Shown: piece by piece, positions 12,640-24,985 of the stretch
Position numbering within the stretch: the stretch's first letter is position 1
Layout of the letters: every line of letters starts with the position of its first letter
Program-made: the position numbers and the translations under genes
DNA from: Octopus bimaculoides
Taxonomy: Eukaryota
DNA: 63,714 bases
NCBI RefSeq assembly: GCF_001194135.2
Contig: NC_068998.1
Span: forward strand, 50,850,932-50,914,645
Reading direction: 5' to 3'
The notes under the pieces: generated by a model
What the model saw: only the letters and a program-made list of their open reading frames with translations
What the model was told of the DNA's origin: nothing
The model's database searches: none

Positions 12640-12905
12640 AGTGTATCTATCTATCTATCTAACTTTCTGCCTGTCAGTTTGTCTATCTGTCTGTCTGTCT
12701 ATCTATTTATCTATCTTTTTCTCTGTTTATCTGTCTATCTATCTATCTATCTATTTATCTAGCTATCTATTTATCTATCAATCTGCCTGTCTATCTTTCT
12801 ATCTATTAGTCTATTTATCTATCTATCTTTCTATCTATTAGTCTATTTATCTATCTATCTATCTATCTATTAGTCTTTCTATCTATCTATCTATCTATTA
12901 GTCTT

Positions 12906-12940
<35 letters not shown>
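12640..12940. repeat. (CTAT)n microsatellite
   Basis: Direct reading. Confidence 0.95.
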
Positions 12941-12942
<2 letters not shown>

Positions 12943-12954
12943 GTGCGTGTCTAT

Positions 12955-13320
12955 CTTTCACTTGTTTCATTCATAGGACCACGTCCATTCTGGGGCAATG
13001 CCTCACAAAGTTTTCTCAAACAAATCCATACTAGTACTTATTTTTGTACTTATTACTGTGTTGGAATCTTTTGCTGCACTGCTAAGTCTCGAGGACACAA
13101 ACAAACTAACACAGCTCATCAATCAAAACACATAAAGACACACACAGTTATACATATGACAGGCTTCCATACAGTTTCCATCAATCAAGTTTACTCACGA
13201 GGTATTAGTCAGCCTGGGGCTATAATAGAAGACACTTTCCCAAGGTGCCATGCAGTGGAACTGAACCGAAAACCACATGGTTGCAAAGCAAGTGTCCTAA
13301 CCACACAACCACATCTGCAC
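12955..13320 (-). mobile_element. SINE family A, diverged full-length
   Basis: Tail CTTGTTTCATTCA through head GGAACTGAACC...ACCACACAACCAC. Confidence 0.7.
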
Positions 13321-14096
13321 TGAAATGTATAACTCAATATAAAATACACACACACACACATGAAAACTCTCCCCCACAAAAAAAAACATGACTATCACAA
13401 CTAGTACACCGCTGATCATAGGTCTACTTGATGAGAGATGGCCATGGGTTGAATAAAAATAGCAGCAGCTCTGAAATTGAGGCAGTATTTATCACCAAAA
13501 TTTAGCAAATTGGACAAAAAATTGTGTCTCCATTCAACCACACCCTTTAAATTCTTACCACAAAAACCATAGTTTGGACATGGCATATGATACCGTCAAC
13601 ACCTCATTATAATATTTATGAATTACAAGATGTTGGGGGTAATGTCACACATGTCCATATACATACTTAGACACACCTCGGTGTCTGAGAGAATTCTTGT
13701 GCATGCATGTGTGCGTGTGTGTGTGCGTGTGTGTGTGTGTGTGTGCGCACATGTGCGTGTATACATACATATTTACATACATACAAGTATATGTATATGC
13801 ATAAAGTAAACAAACATGTTATATATTTATTTATCTATCTATATATGGTGGTGGTGGTGGTGGTGGTGGTGGTGGTGGTGGGGTGGTGTGTGTGTGTGTG
13901 TGTGTGTGTTTTAGTGGGGTGGCGTCATTTGAAAGCTAGAACAATCCGGAAGTGCATTGTGATCAGCAATGTATAACAATATCCAAAAGTTTATTCAATA
14001 CTATATATATTATACACCCCTCCACACACACACACACACATATAAAGAAGTGTAAATACATAGACACATGTATGCACACATATTTATACAGAAAGT

Positions 14097-14136
<40 letters not shown>

Positions 14137-14164
14137 GAGAGAGAGAGAGAGGTACTGGAATTGT

Positions 14165-14225
14165 GATCTCTAATCAACAGCTGATGAAGGGAGTGTCACT
14201 ATATTTTAAGTTTTCTGTTTATATA
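14165..14225 (+). mobile_element. Penelope-like terminal-repeat fragment (putative)
   Basis: CAACAGCTGATGAAGGGA matches the motif at 41025(+) and 30570(-). Confidence 0.35.
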
Positions 14226-14609
14226 TACACACATATATATATATACATACGTAGATGTACAAAGACATACACATTCTTATGTGCTCGTGTGCACACATGT
14301 ATGCATAAGTGCACGGCCCTCAAATACACACATGTTCATACATATGCACATACATCTGAGAACCCAGAAAAGTCAACAACACAAATGACATAAGGAGATA
14401 TAACAGCAACAGAGTTAGAGAGACAGAGAGAGGAAGGGTTAGTGGTGGTGACAGTAGTGGTGGTAATGGTGGTGGTGTTGGTGTTAGGAAATAATAGTGT
14501 TTTAGTAGCAACCAGCCAGTGTGAAACAAGTGATTAAATGATGGATAACATACCATAATTGCCAGTTAAATAGTACCCTGAAAAGCAAATTACTGCCAAT
14601 TTAGATACT

Positions 14610-14647
<38 letters not shown>

Positions 14648-14799
14648 GTACAATGAGAGTAAAGGGATAACGGGGGGGGAGCAGAAGTAAATAAAGTAGG
14701 GGGTGAGGAAAGGGTGTCCCGTAAATTACTTGGATTTTTTTTTTCTTGCAGGAAGCATTTTTTCCCTGAATGTGGTTTGTTCATTTTACATTTTTCTGA

Positions 14800-15030
14800 T
14801 GGTAGCAGAACCGTTAGGAGGATGTCGGACAAAAATGCCTTTTGGTATTACTTCTTCTGACTTTTTGCATTCTGTGTGCAGCACATACTGACAAGGTCAA
14901 CCTTGCCTTTCCATCCCTTCAGAATCCATATAACCAAGTCCCAGACAAGCACTGGAGTCGATGCTATCAACTGACCCCATACCCTGAAAAAATTGCTGGC
15001 TTTGTGCCTAAGTATGGTCATAAAGTTGCT
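14800..15030 (+). mobile_element. SINE family B, diverged
   Basis: GGTCAACCTTGCCTTTCCATCCCTTC...AAATTGCTGGCTTTGTGCC. Confidence 0.6.
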
Positions 15031-16042
15031 TTGTTATAAAATAGGGCTGCTTTAAGGTATTTATGCTAACTAAATTACAATGTAGTCAAGCTATACAACA
15101 GTTATTCTGTAATGTAGCTACTCAGGTCAATCTAAACGATTGGGCCCCACTTCCCCCAAACATTTTGGGCTTTGTCTCTAGAGTAGAAAAGAATATTGAT
15201 AGCACTGAGTTAATTAAAACGTGTCAGTGGTTATCATGCATTCTGTAATAAGGGCCATTGACGAAGAATCAAGTGTATATTTTACTCACCTTAATAAATA
15301 TTCACACACTGGATTACAGCTGCAATCAGGGGCCAAAAGGAAGGGGCTTGAATAGAGAAAAGAACAAAAAAAAGAAGCTCAGTAAATTTCAGAATATTTA
15401 GGAAAAAGTCATAATTGAAATAAAAGATTGTTTTGTAAAGCCATCCCTCTATAACTCACCCCTGTCCACTCATGCCATCTTGTATTTACCATAATGGTAA
15501 ATCTCTGCTACCAATGTACATGTGCTATTAAACCCATCTGAACCTCGCATCTCCCTTACACTTACCTACTTTCTTCTCAAAGGGCTTTACTGCCCATGAA
15601 ACAAGGGAGAGCCCTGAACTTTCCTTCAGACTCAAGCCCTCATTCCCTACCACAATCTTGCAGTCAACACACTCAACCATCACCGTTTTTTATACTAAAA
15701 GTCAACATCCATATCTCTTCATCTTTCACCGTTTCATCCCCTTAACCCTTGTCTTCAGCATCGCACACTTGTTCCCCCATCATCCCTAAGCAGCTCACTC
15801 TTTTGGCGATGCTGCATTGAGAAAATGGACACAGGATAGATAAAGACATGTACTGCACTATAGTGGCTGTAACCATAGCAGCAGTTGAAGTATCGACATT
15901 TCTACTGTGTTACAGACATTCGTTAAATTCCTCTTCCTTACTGCATTACCTATTTGGCTATTATTTCTAGAACATTTAGAGACCACATACTGATTCAAGG
16001 TTGTAGTAGTAGTAGTAATAGTAGTAGTAATAGTAGTAGTAA

Positions 16043-16090
<48 letters not shown>

Positions 16091-16439
16091 GGGTAACAGC
16101 AGCAACAGAAATGGCTACAATATTTACAGACACCCCTTAACCCATTGGTTGCTATATTTCTCTAGAAATACAACACTTTTATTTAAAATTAATTTCTAAA
16201 ATAATGAAGAATTTAAAAAAAAAAAAAAAAAAAAAACAACTTCGGAAAGTAAATTAACATAGAATATTGATGGAAGATTTTAATTGAGATCATTTTTAAA
16301 ACAGGAAGTTTGTGTCAGTACCAGAGTAATCTCAGGCAGGTTGAAATTAAAAAGACTAAATTTTTCTTGCACATTTCATTACCCGTTTAGCAACAGTTTC
16401 ACAAAAAATTCCTTTCCGCTATCTTGTTACAATTTTGAT

Positions 16440-16852
16440 TTAACCCTTTTACTGCACAAAACAGATATATCAATGCAAAATTTCATTTCTTTGGGCGGCA
16501 GAAAGAAGTTTTGTATATCACTCTATCTTTCATTATGGCATGTCATGTTTTGAGATATACCAAGTTTATTGAGGCAATATCACTTGCAGAAAATAGCAAT
16601 TCTAATTTTTGCTAGATATTTGGAATAACCATGAAATTTAGTTTTGCAATGAAGAAGTTAAGATGGAAATTTAATGTAAGATTTTAATTTGGATCGCTTT
16701 TGAAACAGGAAATTTGTGTCAACATTTGTTGAGATATGTCAAGATTCTTCAGGCAATATCACTGGCAGAAAATACCAATTCTATCTTCTGCTAGATACTT
16801 AACCTCATTACTCCAATAACGATAAAATTTAATTTAGCAGTGAAAAGGTTAA
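16440..16852. mobile_element. piggyBac-like MITE with internal diverged duplication
   Basis: TTAA-CCCTTTTACTGC ... GCAGTGAAAAGG-TTAA; GAGATAT..CAAG..T..AGGCAATATCACT.GCAGAAAATA occurs twice (about 16552 and 16731). A related partial copy starts at about 16137. Confidence 0.65.
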
Positions 16853-16984
16853 TTCAATCTCTGTTGTATCCATTTCAAAAAAATCATTTTTCCTTAAATT
16901 TGAGTCATAAATTCTAACTTTTCTTTAATTACAGTTAAGTACAGTTGAAGATTAGTAAACATGATGCTAATACAGGTTGTTGTT

Positions 16985-17165
16985 ATAAAGTTCCAATGCA
17001 TGGCTGTGTGGTAAGAAGCTTACTTGCCACCCACATGGTTCTGGGTTCAGTCCCACAATATGGCACCTTCAACATATATCTTTTACTATATCCTTGGGCA
17101 GACTTAAGCCTTGCAGGTGGATTTGGTAGACAGAAACTGAAAGAAGCCTACCCTATATACATGTG
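16985..17165 (+). mobile_element. SINE family A/C head
   Basis: TGGCTGTGTGGTAAGAAGC...GGTTCAGTCCCAC...GAAACTGAAAGAAGCC. Confidence 0.8.
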
Positions 17166-17214
17166 AGTGTGTGTATATATATACATAATAAATAATATAT
17201 AATACATATGTGTT

Positions 17215-17345
17215 AACTTATTCTGTTTTTTATTTTTTTCTCTTTGTTTAGGTATTTCACTCATTTTCTCCTCGTTTGTTTATGGATTTCATTATGTTAT
17301 TTGCACCATTGGTGACGTCCTGTACCCATATATGCATATATATAT
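17215..17345 (+). mobile_element. Penelope-like terminal fragment (putative)
   Basis: Ends in GACGTCCTGTACCCATATATGCATA, shared with about 41145(+) and 30480(-). Confidence 0.4.
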
Positions 17346-17544
17346 ATATATATACATTACTTATATCATTTTATTATTAATTCATATATATATATGTATA
17401 TTATATATTACTTATTATTTAATTGAATGCGACACATCCATTTCCAAGTAAGTTTATGAGTGTGTGTGTGTGTGTGTGTGTGAGTATAAGTATTTGTGTG
17501 TCTGTGTATGACCCCCCACCCCCGACACACGCACACATAATCGC

Positions 17545-17735
17545 TTGACATCTGGATTGAATGATTTGACTGAGGACTGGCGAACCAGATGGCTGCACCA
17601 AGCTCCAATCTGATCTGGCAGAGTTTCGACAACTGGATGCCCTTCCTAACGCCAACCACTCCAAGAGTGTAGTGGGTGCTTTTACATGCCACCGGCACGA
17701 GGGCCAGTCAGGTGGTACTCGCAATGGCCACGCTC
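17545..17735 (-). mobile_element. SINE family C
   Basis: GATTTGACTGAGGACTGGCGAACCAGATGGCTGCACC...TGCCACCGGCACGAGGGCCAGTCAGG. Confidence 0.85.
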
Positions 17736-18200
17736 ATGTACATCTTATACTATAGACTACATTCCTAGCTTTACAGTTTGTTTGCTTGAGTAAGTGAGTG
17801 TGTAGTAAGTGAGTGTGTGTGTGTCTTTGTGTGTCTACATACAATGAACTGTCTTTAGTTTCTGTTTACGAAATCCCACACACAAGGTTTTGGCCAACCC
17901 ATGGCTATAGTACAAGTCATTTGCCTAAGATGCCCCGAAAATGACCATCCTTTCATTTCCGTTGCTTGGCATGATATATTTCTAACAAAATGATTCAATA
18001 AAACAATGTCGCCATCGTTTTATTTGACTCAATGCAATTCGATGCAGACTTAACTCGTTCTTTCTTGTAGTCCTGGTTAAGAAGTGGGGGTTCCTTTTGC
18101 ATTAGTTGTTTAAGAGCTGAGGTGTGGCTTGTGAATTTATTAAAGAACCACCACCATGTCATCACAAAATTAATAAATGGGCGTGTGATAAACACATGTC

Positions 18201-18239
<39 letters not shown>

Positions 18240-18334
18240 CATCATCATCATCATCATCATCGTCATCAACAATTAACATCTGTTTTCCAGGAGGTCATGA
18301 TTTGGACAGTTTGACTAGAGCTGAAACGGTTAAA

Positions 18335-18380
<46 letters not shown>

Positions 18381-18681
18381 CATTTATATGTGTCTATATA
18401 TATAAATGTCTTTATATAAATACATTTTATATGTGTCCATATATATAAAGTGTCTATATAAATACATTTTATATATCAATATATATACATCATCATCATC
18501 ATCATCATCATCATCGTTTAATGTCCATCTTCCACGTATACATGGATAGATGAATATAAACTGGTTCGTATATACACACAGAAACATGATGTGACATACA
18601 AACTTACAGGCACACCCAATAAGACACACAAACACAAGCATGCATATCTGTACCTATACACACACACACATGTTTATATGT

Positions 18682-18718
<37 letters not shown>

Positions 18719-18728
18719 NNNNNNNNNN

Positions 18729-18772
<44 letters not shown>

Positions 18773-19048
18773 ACAACCTAATCTAAATTTATACAGTAGA
18801 AAAAACAATATCCAAAGAAGCCAACGCCCAGATCTATGACAAATCAACACCATTGAACTGCCGAAAGGGGTGCCAACACATAATCATTTGACAAGCTAGA
18901 AACTCCTGTATTTGCCTGAGTATTTGTCTGACAAATACAGGAGTATGTCCACATAAATGAAACACACCCAGTACTAAATACGTAGATGGTAGTGATACCC
19001 TAATACCCACAGGTTACATACACAGAGGTAGATTTGTTAGTAGGCTAT

Positions 19049-19091
<43 letters not shown>

Positions 19092-19513
19092 NNNNNNNNN
19101 NNNNNNNNNNNNNNNNNNNNNNNNNNNNNNNNNNNNNNNNNNNNNNNNNNNNNNNNNNNNNNNNNNNNNNNNNNNNNNNNNNNNNNNNNNNNNNNNNNNN
19201 NNNNNNNNNNNNNNNNNNNNNNNNNNNNNNNNNNNNNNNNNNNNNNNNNNNNNNNNNNNNNNNNNNNNNNNNNNNNNNNNNNNNNNNNNNNNNNNNNNNN
19301 NNNNNNNNNNNNNNNNNNNNNNNNNNNNNNNNNNNNNNNNNNNNNNNNNNNNNNNNNNNNNNNNNNNNNNNNNNNNNNNNNNNNNNNNNNNNNNNNNNNN
19401 NNNNNNNNNNNNNNNNNNNNNNNNNNNNNNNNNNNNNNNNNNNNNNNNNNNNNNNNNNNNNNNNNNNNNNNNNNNNNNNNNNNNNNNNNNNNNNNNNNNN
19501 NNNNNNNNNNNNN

Positions 19514-19583
<70 letters not shown>

Positions 19584-19608
19584 ATTAATATTTCTAAGTC
19601 TCTCTAAA

Positions 19609-19901
19609 GGAGACTACGGCAGCGGTACTGGAAATTAATAGTTATCGCCAAGCCAACATGGCAGTCCCAAAATTAGGACGAAAGCTGCCGTGAATTAGCT
19701 CCAAGAAGCCATCGCCTCTAGCTAGCTATGTGACACACGAAACCTGTGTCCTTTATAACCTTCGAACAGGGGAGGTCAGCAGTGTCCCCCTGCTGGTTTG
19801 GCATCTGCAGACTAGACTAGTTTCAGGGTGTTGCCCCTTGTCAATGCAGAGTAGCCAAGCCTTAGCCAGGCGGCGCTGCTGACTATCTGCTCGAAGGTTA
19901 T
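19609..19901. other. Highly structured GC-richer island (unclassified repeat or ncRNA)
   Basis: Two closed stem domains: ACGGCAGC(19616)/GCTGCCGT(19684) and ATAACCTTCGAACAG(19755)/CTGCTCGAAGGTTAT(19887), each with internal hairpins. Confidence 0.5.
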
Positions 19902-19944
19902 TTATCTAATTTCAGTGGAATCTATCATTGTCATCATCATTGTA

Positions 19945-20150
19945 GTTGTCGTCGTTTAATGTCCGTTTTCCATGCTGGCATGGGTTGGACGGTTTAACTG
20001 AAGGCTGCACCGGGCTCCAGTCTGATCAGGCAGAGTTTCTACAGTTGGATGCCTTTCCTAATGCCAACCACCCCAAGAGGGCCAGTAAGGCAGTACTGGC
20101 ATCAACCACACTCAAATGGTGCTTTTCATGTGCCACCAGCACAGGGCCAT
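19945..20150 (-). mobile_element. SINE family C
   Basis: Reverse-complement tail GTTTAATGTCCGTTTTCCATGCTGGCATGGGTTGG. Confidence 0.8.
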
Positions 20151-20189
20151 ATATACATATAAAGTGGCTGATGGCATGTGGAAAGCTCC

Positions 20190-20510
20190 TTTTGAGCGCT
20201 AGGCCTCGCTGAGGCAACGACAACTGATCAATACCTTTGGCCTTAAGTCATGCTTGAGAAGAAGATCCATCGAGCCAAGTAAAATTGCAGTTGTGGCAGA
20301 CACTGGTGTTGTGCAAATGGCACCTGTGCCAGTACCATTTAAAAGCACCCATTACACTCTCGGAGTGGTTGGCGTTAGGCAGAGCATCCAGCCATAGAAA
20401 CCACGCCAAATCAGACTGGAGTCTGGTGCAACCTTCCAGCTGGTCAACCTTGGTCAGACTATCCAACCCATGCCAGCATGGACAACAGACATTAAATGAT
20501 GATGATGATG
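20190..20510 (+). mobile_element. SINE family C, long internal part plus tail
   Basis: CTTGAGAAGAAGATCC (also at about 217) ... CACTCTCGGAGTGGTTGGCGTTAGG ... (GAT)n. Confidence 0.8.
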
Positions 20511-20534
20511 ATATATATATATATAAACACACAT

Positions 20535-20760
20535 GTGTGTGTGTCTATATGTGAGTGGGTCCTAGTTTTTGTCCCCCCACTGCTTGACAACCAGTGTTGG
20601 TTTGTTTATGTCCCTGTATCTTAGTGGTTTGGCAAAAAGGGCTGACAGAATAAGTACTAGGTTTAGAAAAAAAAATGTAAGAACTGGGGCTCAATTTGTT
20701 CAACTAAAATTCTTCGAGGCAGTACCCCAGCATGGCCATGATAAATGACAAGAACTAGAT
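20535..20760 (+). mobile_element. SINE family A 3' half
   Basis: CTTGACAACCAGTGTTGG...GAATAAGTACTAGG...CAGCATGGCC. Confidence 0.7.
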
Positions 20761-20767
20761 TGATTAA

Positions 20768-20947
20768 TTGAGCATTTGATTAATAATTGTTTGGTTAATC
20801 AATCAATCGTCTAGATTTATCATAGACCTTTTGTCACAATTCACAACCTCATCAATGAGATACCCCAGGGATGAAAGGACGTTCACAAAACCTGATTGAT
20901 TAATTAACCAAACAATTAGACAAACAACTGATTAATTAAATGGTCAA
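20768..20947. repeat. Foldback (inverted repeat) element
   Basis: Inner arms 20786-20808 / 20894-20916 match 22/23; outer arms 20768-20784 / 20931-20947 match 15/17. Confidence 0.6.
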
Positions 20948-21004
20948 GAAGTTAACCAATTGATTATCAAATATAGAAGCAAAATAAAACCAGAGTATCG
21001 CATA

Positions 21005-21160
21005 CCATGCTTCTTTCAGTTTCTGTCTACCAAATCCACTCACAAGGCTATGATCAGCCCAAGGCTATAGTAGAAGACACTTACCCAAGGTGCCATGCAG
21101 TGGGACTGAACCTGGAACCATGTGGTTGGGAAGCAAGCTTCTTACCACACAGCCACATCT
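21005..21160 (-). mobile_element. SINE family A/C head
   Basis: GCTTCTTTCAGTTTCTGTCTACCAAATCCACTCACAAGG...GGGACTGAACC. Confidence 0.85.
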
Positions 21161-21989
21161 AGGTTCCTCTCATTGTCTAGATTCTGTAGAGGTCAGATGA
21201 TGTGGATGTTATTATGTAATTATAAGGGAGGTGCCATATATTGAAAACAAAAAAAAAAAAACTGATGGGATATTGATGTGGTGATGGGTGGAGGTGGAGT
21301 GTGGCGAGGCATGCGTATGTGTGTTGGTGGTGGCAGTGTGTGGGGGGGGGCAGTTCTGTTACCTAATGACCTTCTCACTTAATTACTAAATGGAATATTG
21401 NNNNNNNNNNNNNNNNNNNNNNNNNNNNNNNNNNNNNNNNNNNNNNNNNNNNNNNNNNNNNNNNNNNNNNNNNNNNNNNNNNNNNNNNNNNNNNNNNNNN
21501 NNNNNNNNNNNNNNNNNNNNNNNNNNNNNNNNNNNNNNNNNNNNNNNNNNNNNNNNNNNNNNNNNNNNNNNNNNNNNNNNNNNNNNNNNNNNNNNNNNNN
21601 NNNNNNNNNNNNNNNNNNNNNNNNNNNNNNNNNNNNNNNNNNNNNNNNNNNNNNNNNNNNNNNNNNNNNNNNNNNNNNNNNNNNNNNNNNNNNNNNNNNN
21701 NNNNNNNNNNNNNNNNNNNNNNNNNNNNNNNNNNNNNNNNNNNNNNNNNNNNNNNNNNNNNNNNNNNNNNNNNNNNNNNNNNNNNNNNNNNNNNNNNNNN
21801 NNNNNNNNNNNNNNNNNNNNNNNNNNNNNNNNNNNNNNNNNNNNNNNNNNNNNNNNNNNNNNNNNNNNNNNNNNNNNNNNNNNNNNNNNNNNNNNNNNNN
21901 NNNNNNNNNNNNNNNNNNNNNNNNNNNNNNNNNNNNNNNNNNNNNNNNNNNNNNNNNNNNNNNNNNNNNNNNNNNNNNNNNNNNNNNNN

Positions 21990-22021
<32 letters not shown>

Positions 22022-22051
22022 GAGAGGGAGAGAGAGGGAGAGGGAGAGAGA

Positions 22052-22082
<31 letters not shown>

Positions 22083-22685
22083 GTGGAGGTGAAATTGCCC
22101 AACCCCTCCTTCAGTATTTCATGGGTCCATTCTTAAAAGATAACAAATTTGGTCTCAAAAACTGACAACTTGACTAGACAAATTAGCTACATGAAACAGT
22201 CATGACTGGATTGTCTTTTAAACATAGGTCGGCTACTTCATGAGACCTGATTTAGGCGGCATACAGTAACAGCAACAACAACAACGGACAGAGCAATAAA
22301 ATATCTTAACTAGATATAGTATATCTGAAATCTAAATGGGATGGTCACATTTGGAATACCTTAATCAAGGCTCACCTTAAGCTTAACGGAAGTTTGTTCT
22401 AACAACCCTTTCCTTTCCAGCAGACCAACTGGTCAATAAACACACACACACACACACACACGTGTGCAAGTGCACACTATTTCATATGCATAAGTGCAAA
22501 TTTATATAAGGAATGCAAGTAAACAGGATTTCATATGTAAACATTTAGCAAATAGGCAAGCCTCTCCACACACACACACACATCATCATATATACATAAA
22601 TACATACATATACACACACACACACATATATATATATACATATATACATATATATGTATGTATGTATGTATGTATGTGAGTGTAT

Positions 22686-22883
22686 CTATTATTCTTTTAT
22701 TCGTTTCAGTCATTTGAATGCGGCCATGCTGGAGCACAGCTTTTAGTCGAACAAATCAACCCCAAGACTTATTCATTGTAAGCCTAGTACTTATTTTATC
22801 GGTCTTTTTTTGCCAAACCGCTAAGTTACAGGGATATAAATACACCAACATCAGTTGTCAAGCAATCATAAGGGAGGGGACAA

Positions 22884-22953
<70 letters not shown>

Positions 22954-23086
22954 TATGGGCTTCTTTCAGTTTCTGTCTACCAAATACACTAACTGAGGCT
23001 ATAGTAGAAGACACTTTACCAAGGTGCCATGCAGTGGGACTGAACCTGGAACCATGTAGTTGGGAAGCAAGCTTCTTACTACACAT
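22686..23086 (-). mobile_element. SINE family A, near full-length
   Basis: Tail, (CA)/(TA) core and head are all collinear with other copies. Confidence 0.85.
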
Positions 23087-23090
23087 CCAT

Positions 23091-23276
23091 TTTGTTGATG
23101 TAAACCTTCTCTTTCAGGTCACCCCACAAGAAAAAATCCGGGCTAGTCAAGTCTAAGGAATGTGAAGGCCAGTTGACATTGCCGTAGCTGGAGAATATTG
23201 TCTCTCCAAAGCACTGCCATAGCAACTGTATTGTTTCTCTTGTGGTATAAACAGTTGCCCCATCTTGCTGGAACCA
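23091..23276 (-). pseudogene. Tc1/mariner DD41D (rosa/Visitor-type) transposase catalytic fragment
   Basis: Open 62-codon frame WFQQDGATVYTTRETIQLLWQCFGETIFSSYGNVNWPSHSLDLTSPDFFLWGDLKEKVYINK; 41 residues between D of QQDGA and D of SPDF. Confidence 0.9.
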
Positions 23277-23330
23277 TGTGTGAGGTCAACTTTGAATGGC
23301 TGGGTGCAAAATGGTTTCAATTATAGATAG

Positions 23331-23638
23331 CTGAAAGAGAGGGTTTACATCAACTGAAGGAGAACATCAATAGAAAAATCAGAGAAGTGGGATCTAAAAC
23401 TCTTGAGGGTGTTATGGTGCAAGCTTTGGAAAGAACAATGATGTGTGAAGCCAAAAATGGCTGCCATTTAAGCAACGTTATTTTTCATAAGCGATGTATT
23501 GGTGTCGGAAAATTTGACTTGTGCATATCAATTTCCATAATGTCCTTTATGTTGGATCAAAATTTCATGCATTTATTTGTAAAGTTATGGAAGTTATTAA
23601 AAATTGAAACCCATCAGTGACTTTTGGGACACCCGGTA
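23331..23638 (+). mobile_element. DD41D-type transposase C-terminus plus right TIR
   Basis: LKERVYIN, then (frameshift) LKENINRKIREVGSKTLEGVMVQALERTMMCEAKNGCHLSNVIFHK; ends CTTTTGGGACACCCGG-TA. Confidence 0.8.
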
Positions 23639-24509
23639 TCTGTGGCAGAATACGTTTAGAAAATAATGCATATCTTATTAAGCCTGCTATAATTTAGAGA
23701 GTAGCTGTGTGGAGTCTACCGAACTCAATTTAATTTAGTACCTAATTCAAATGAATCTTAATTATATATATATATATNNNNNNNNNNNNNNNNNNNNNNN
23801 NNNNNNNNNNNNNNNNNNNNNNNNNNNNNNNNNNNNNNNNNNNNNNNNNNNNNNNNNNNNNNNNNNNNNNNNNNNNNNNNNNNNNNNNNNNNNNNNNNNN
23901 NNNNNNNNNNNNNNNNNNNNNNNNNNNNNNNNNNNNNNNNNNNNNNNNNNNNNNNNNNNNNNNNNNNNNNNNNNNNNNNNNNNNNNNNNNNNNNNNNNNN
24001 NNNNNNNNNNNNNNNNNNNNNNNNNNNNNNNNNNNNNNNNNNNNNNNNNNNNNNNNNNNNNNNNNNNNNNNNNNNNNNNNNNNNNNNNNNNNNNNNNNNN
24101 NNNNNNNNNNNNNNNNNNNNNNNNNNNNNNNNNNNNNNNNNNNNNNNNNNNNNNNNNNNNNNNNNNNNNNNNNNNNNNNNNNNNNNNNNNNNNNNNNNNN
24201 NNNNNNNNNNNNNNNNNNNNNNNNNNNNNNNNNNNNNNNNNNNNNNNNNNNNNNNNNNNNNNNNNNNNNNNNNNNNNNNNNNNNNNNNNNNNNNNNNNNN
24301 NNNNNNNNNNNNNNNNNNNNNNNNNNNNNNNNNNNNNNNNNNNNNNNNNNNNNNNNNNNNNNNNNNNNNNNNNNNNNNNNNNNNNNNNNNNNNNNNNNNN
24401 NNNNNNNNNNNNNNNNNNNNNNNNNNNNNNNNNNNNNNNNNNNNNNNNNNNNNNNNNNNNNNNNNNNNNNNNNNNNNNNNNNNNNNNNNNNNNNNNNNNN
24501 NNNNNNNNN

Positions 24510-24540
<31 letters not shown>

Positions 24541-24943
24541 GTATATAGGGAGCAAGGCAGAGAGAGGGAGAGAGGGAGGGAGCTACTAAAACTAGTATTT
24601 TAATTTATAAGCCTGGCAAAGAAGGAAATCAAAATCAGATGCTATATAATTGATAAAACGTTTATAAAATCTAGAGCAAGCTGAAGAAATTCCATGTTAT
24701 TAAAACCTCTTTATTCATTTTGATGCATAAATAAATTCCTAAGAGTGTCTCTTCATGCTGAGGATTGCAATTTTGTTATTGTTGGTGTTCCGTAGTTTGT
24801 GCTGTTTAAAACCTCAACAAGCATTCACTGGGGATTGTAAGGTTATGTTGAAAGGTAAAAGTTGCGATCATGTCTCTAATGATGTTCCATAGTTAAGATT
24901 GCCATAAAGTGTAACAGTCATTCACACGAACTTGTTTCATTTG

Positions 24944-24985
<42 letters not shown>

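Noticed and set aside
14528-14548. Pbx-Hox-like TGATGGAT site
   Set aside because: A single 8-mer is expected by chance in 64 kb of AT-rich DNA; no conservation data.
15500-15810. Possible LINE coding relic (also 59700-60100)
   Set aside because: Composition is suggestive, but I could not read any RT or endonuclease motif in the frames I checked.
19770-19885. HDV-like ribozyme
   Set aside because: P1/P3-like pairings exist, but there is no GG for P1.1 and no C-R-A-A J4/2 catalytic strand.
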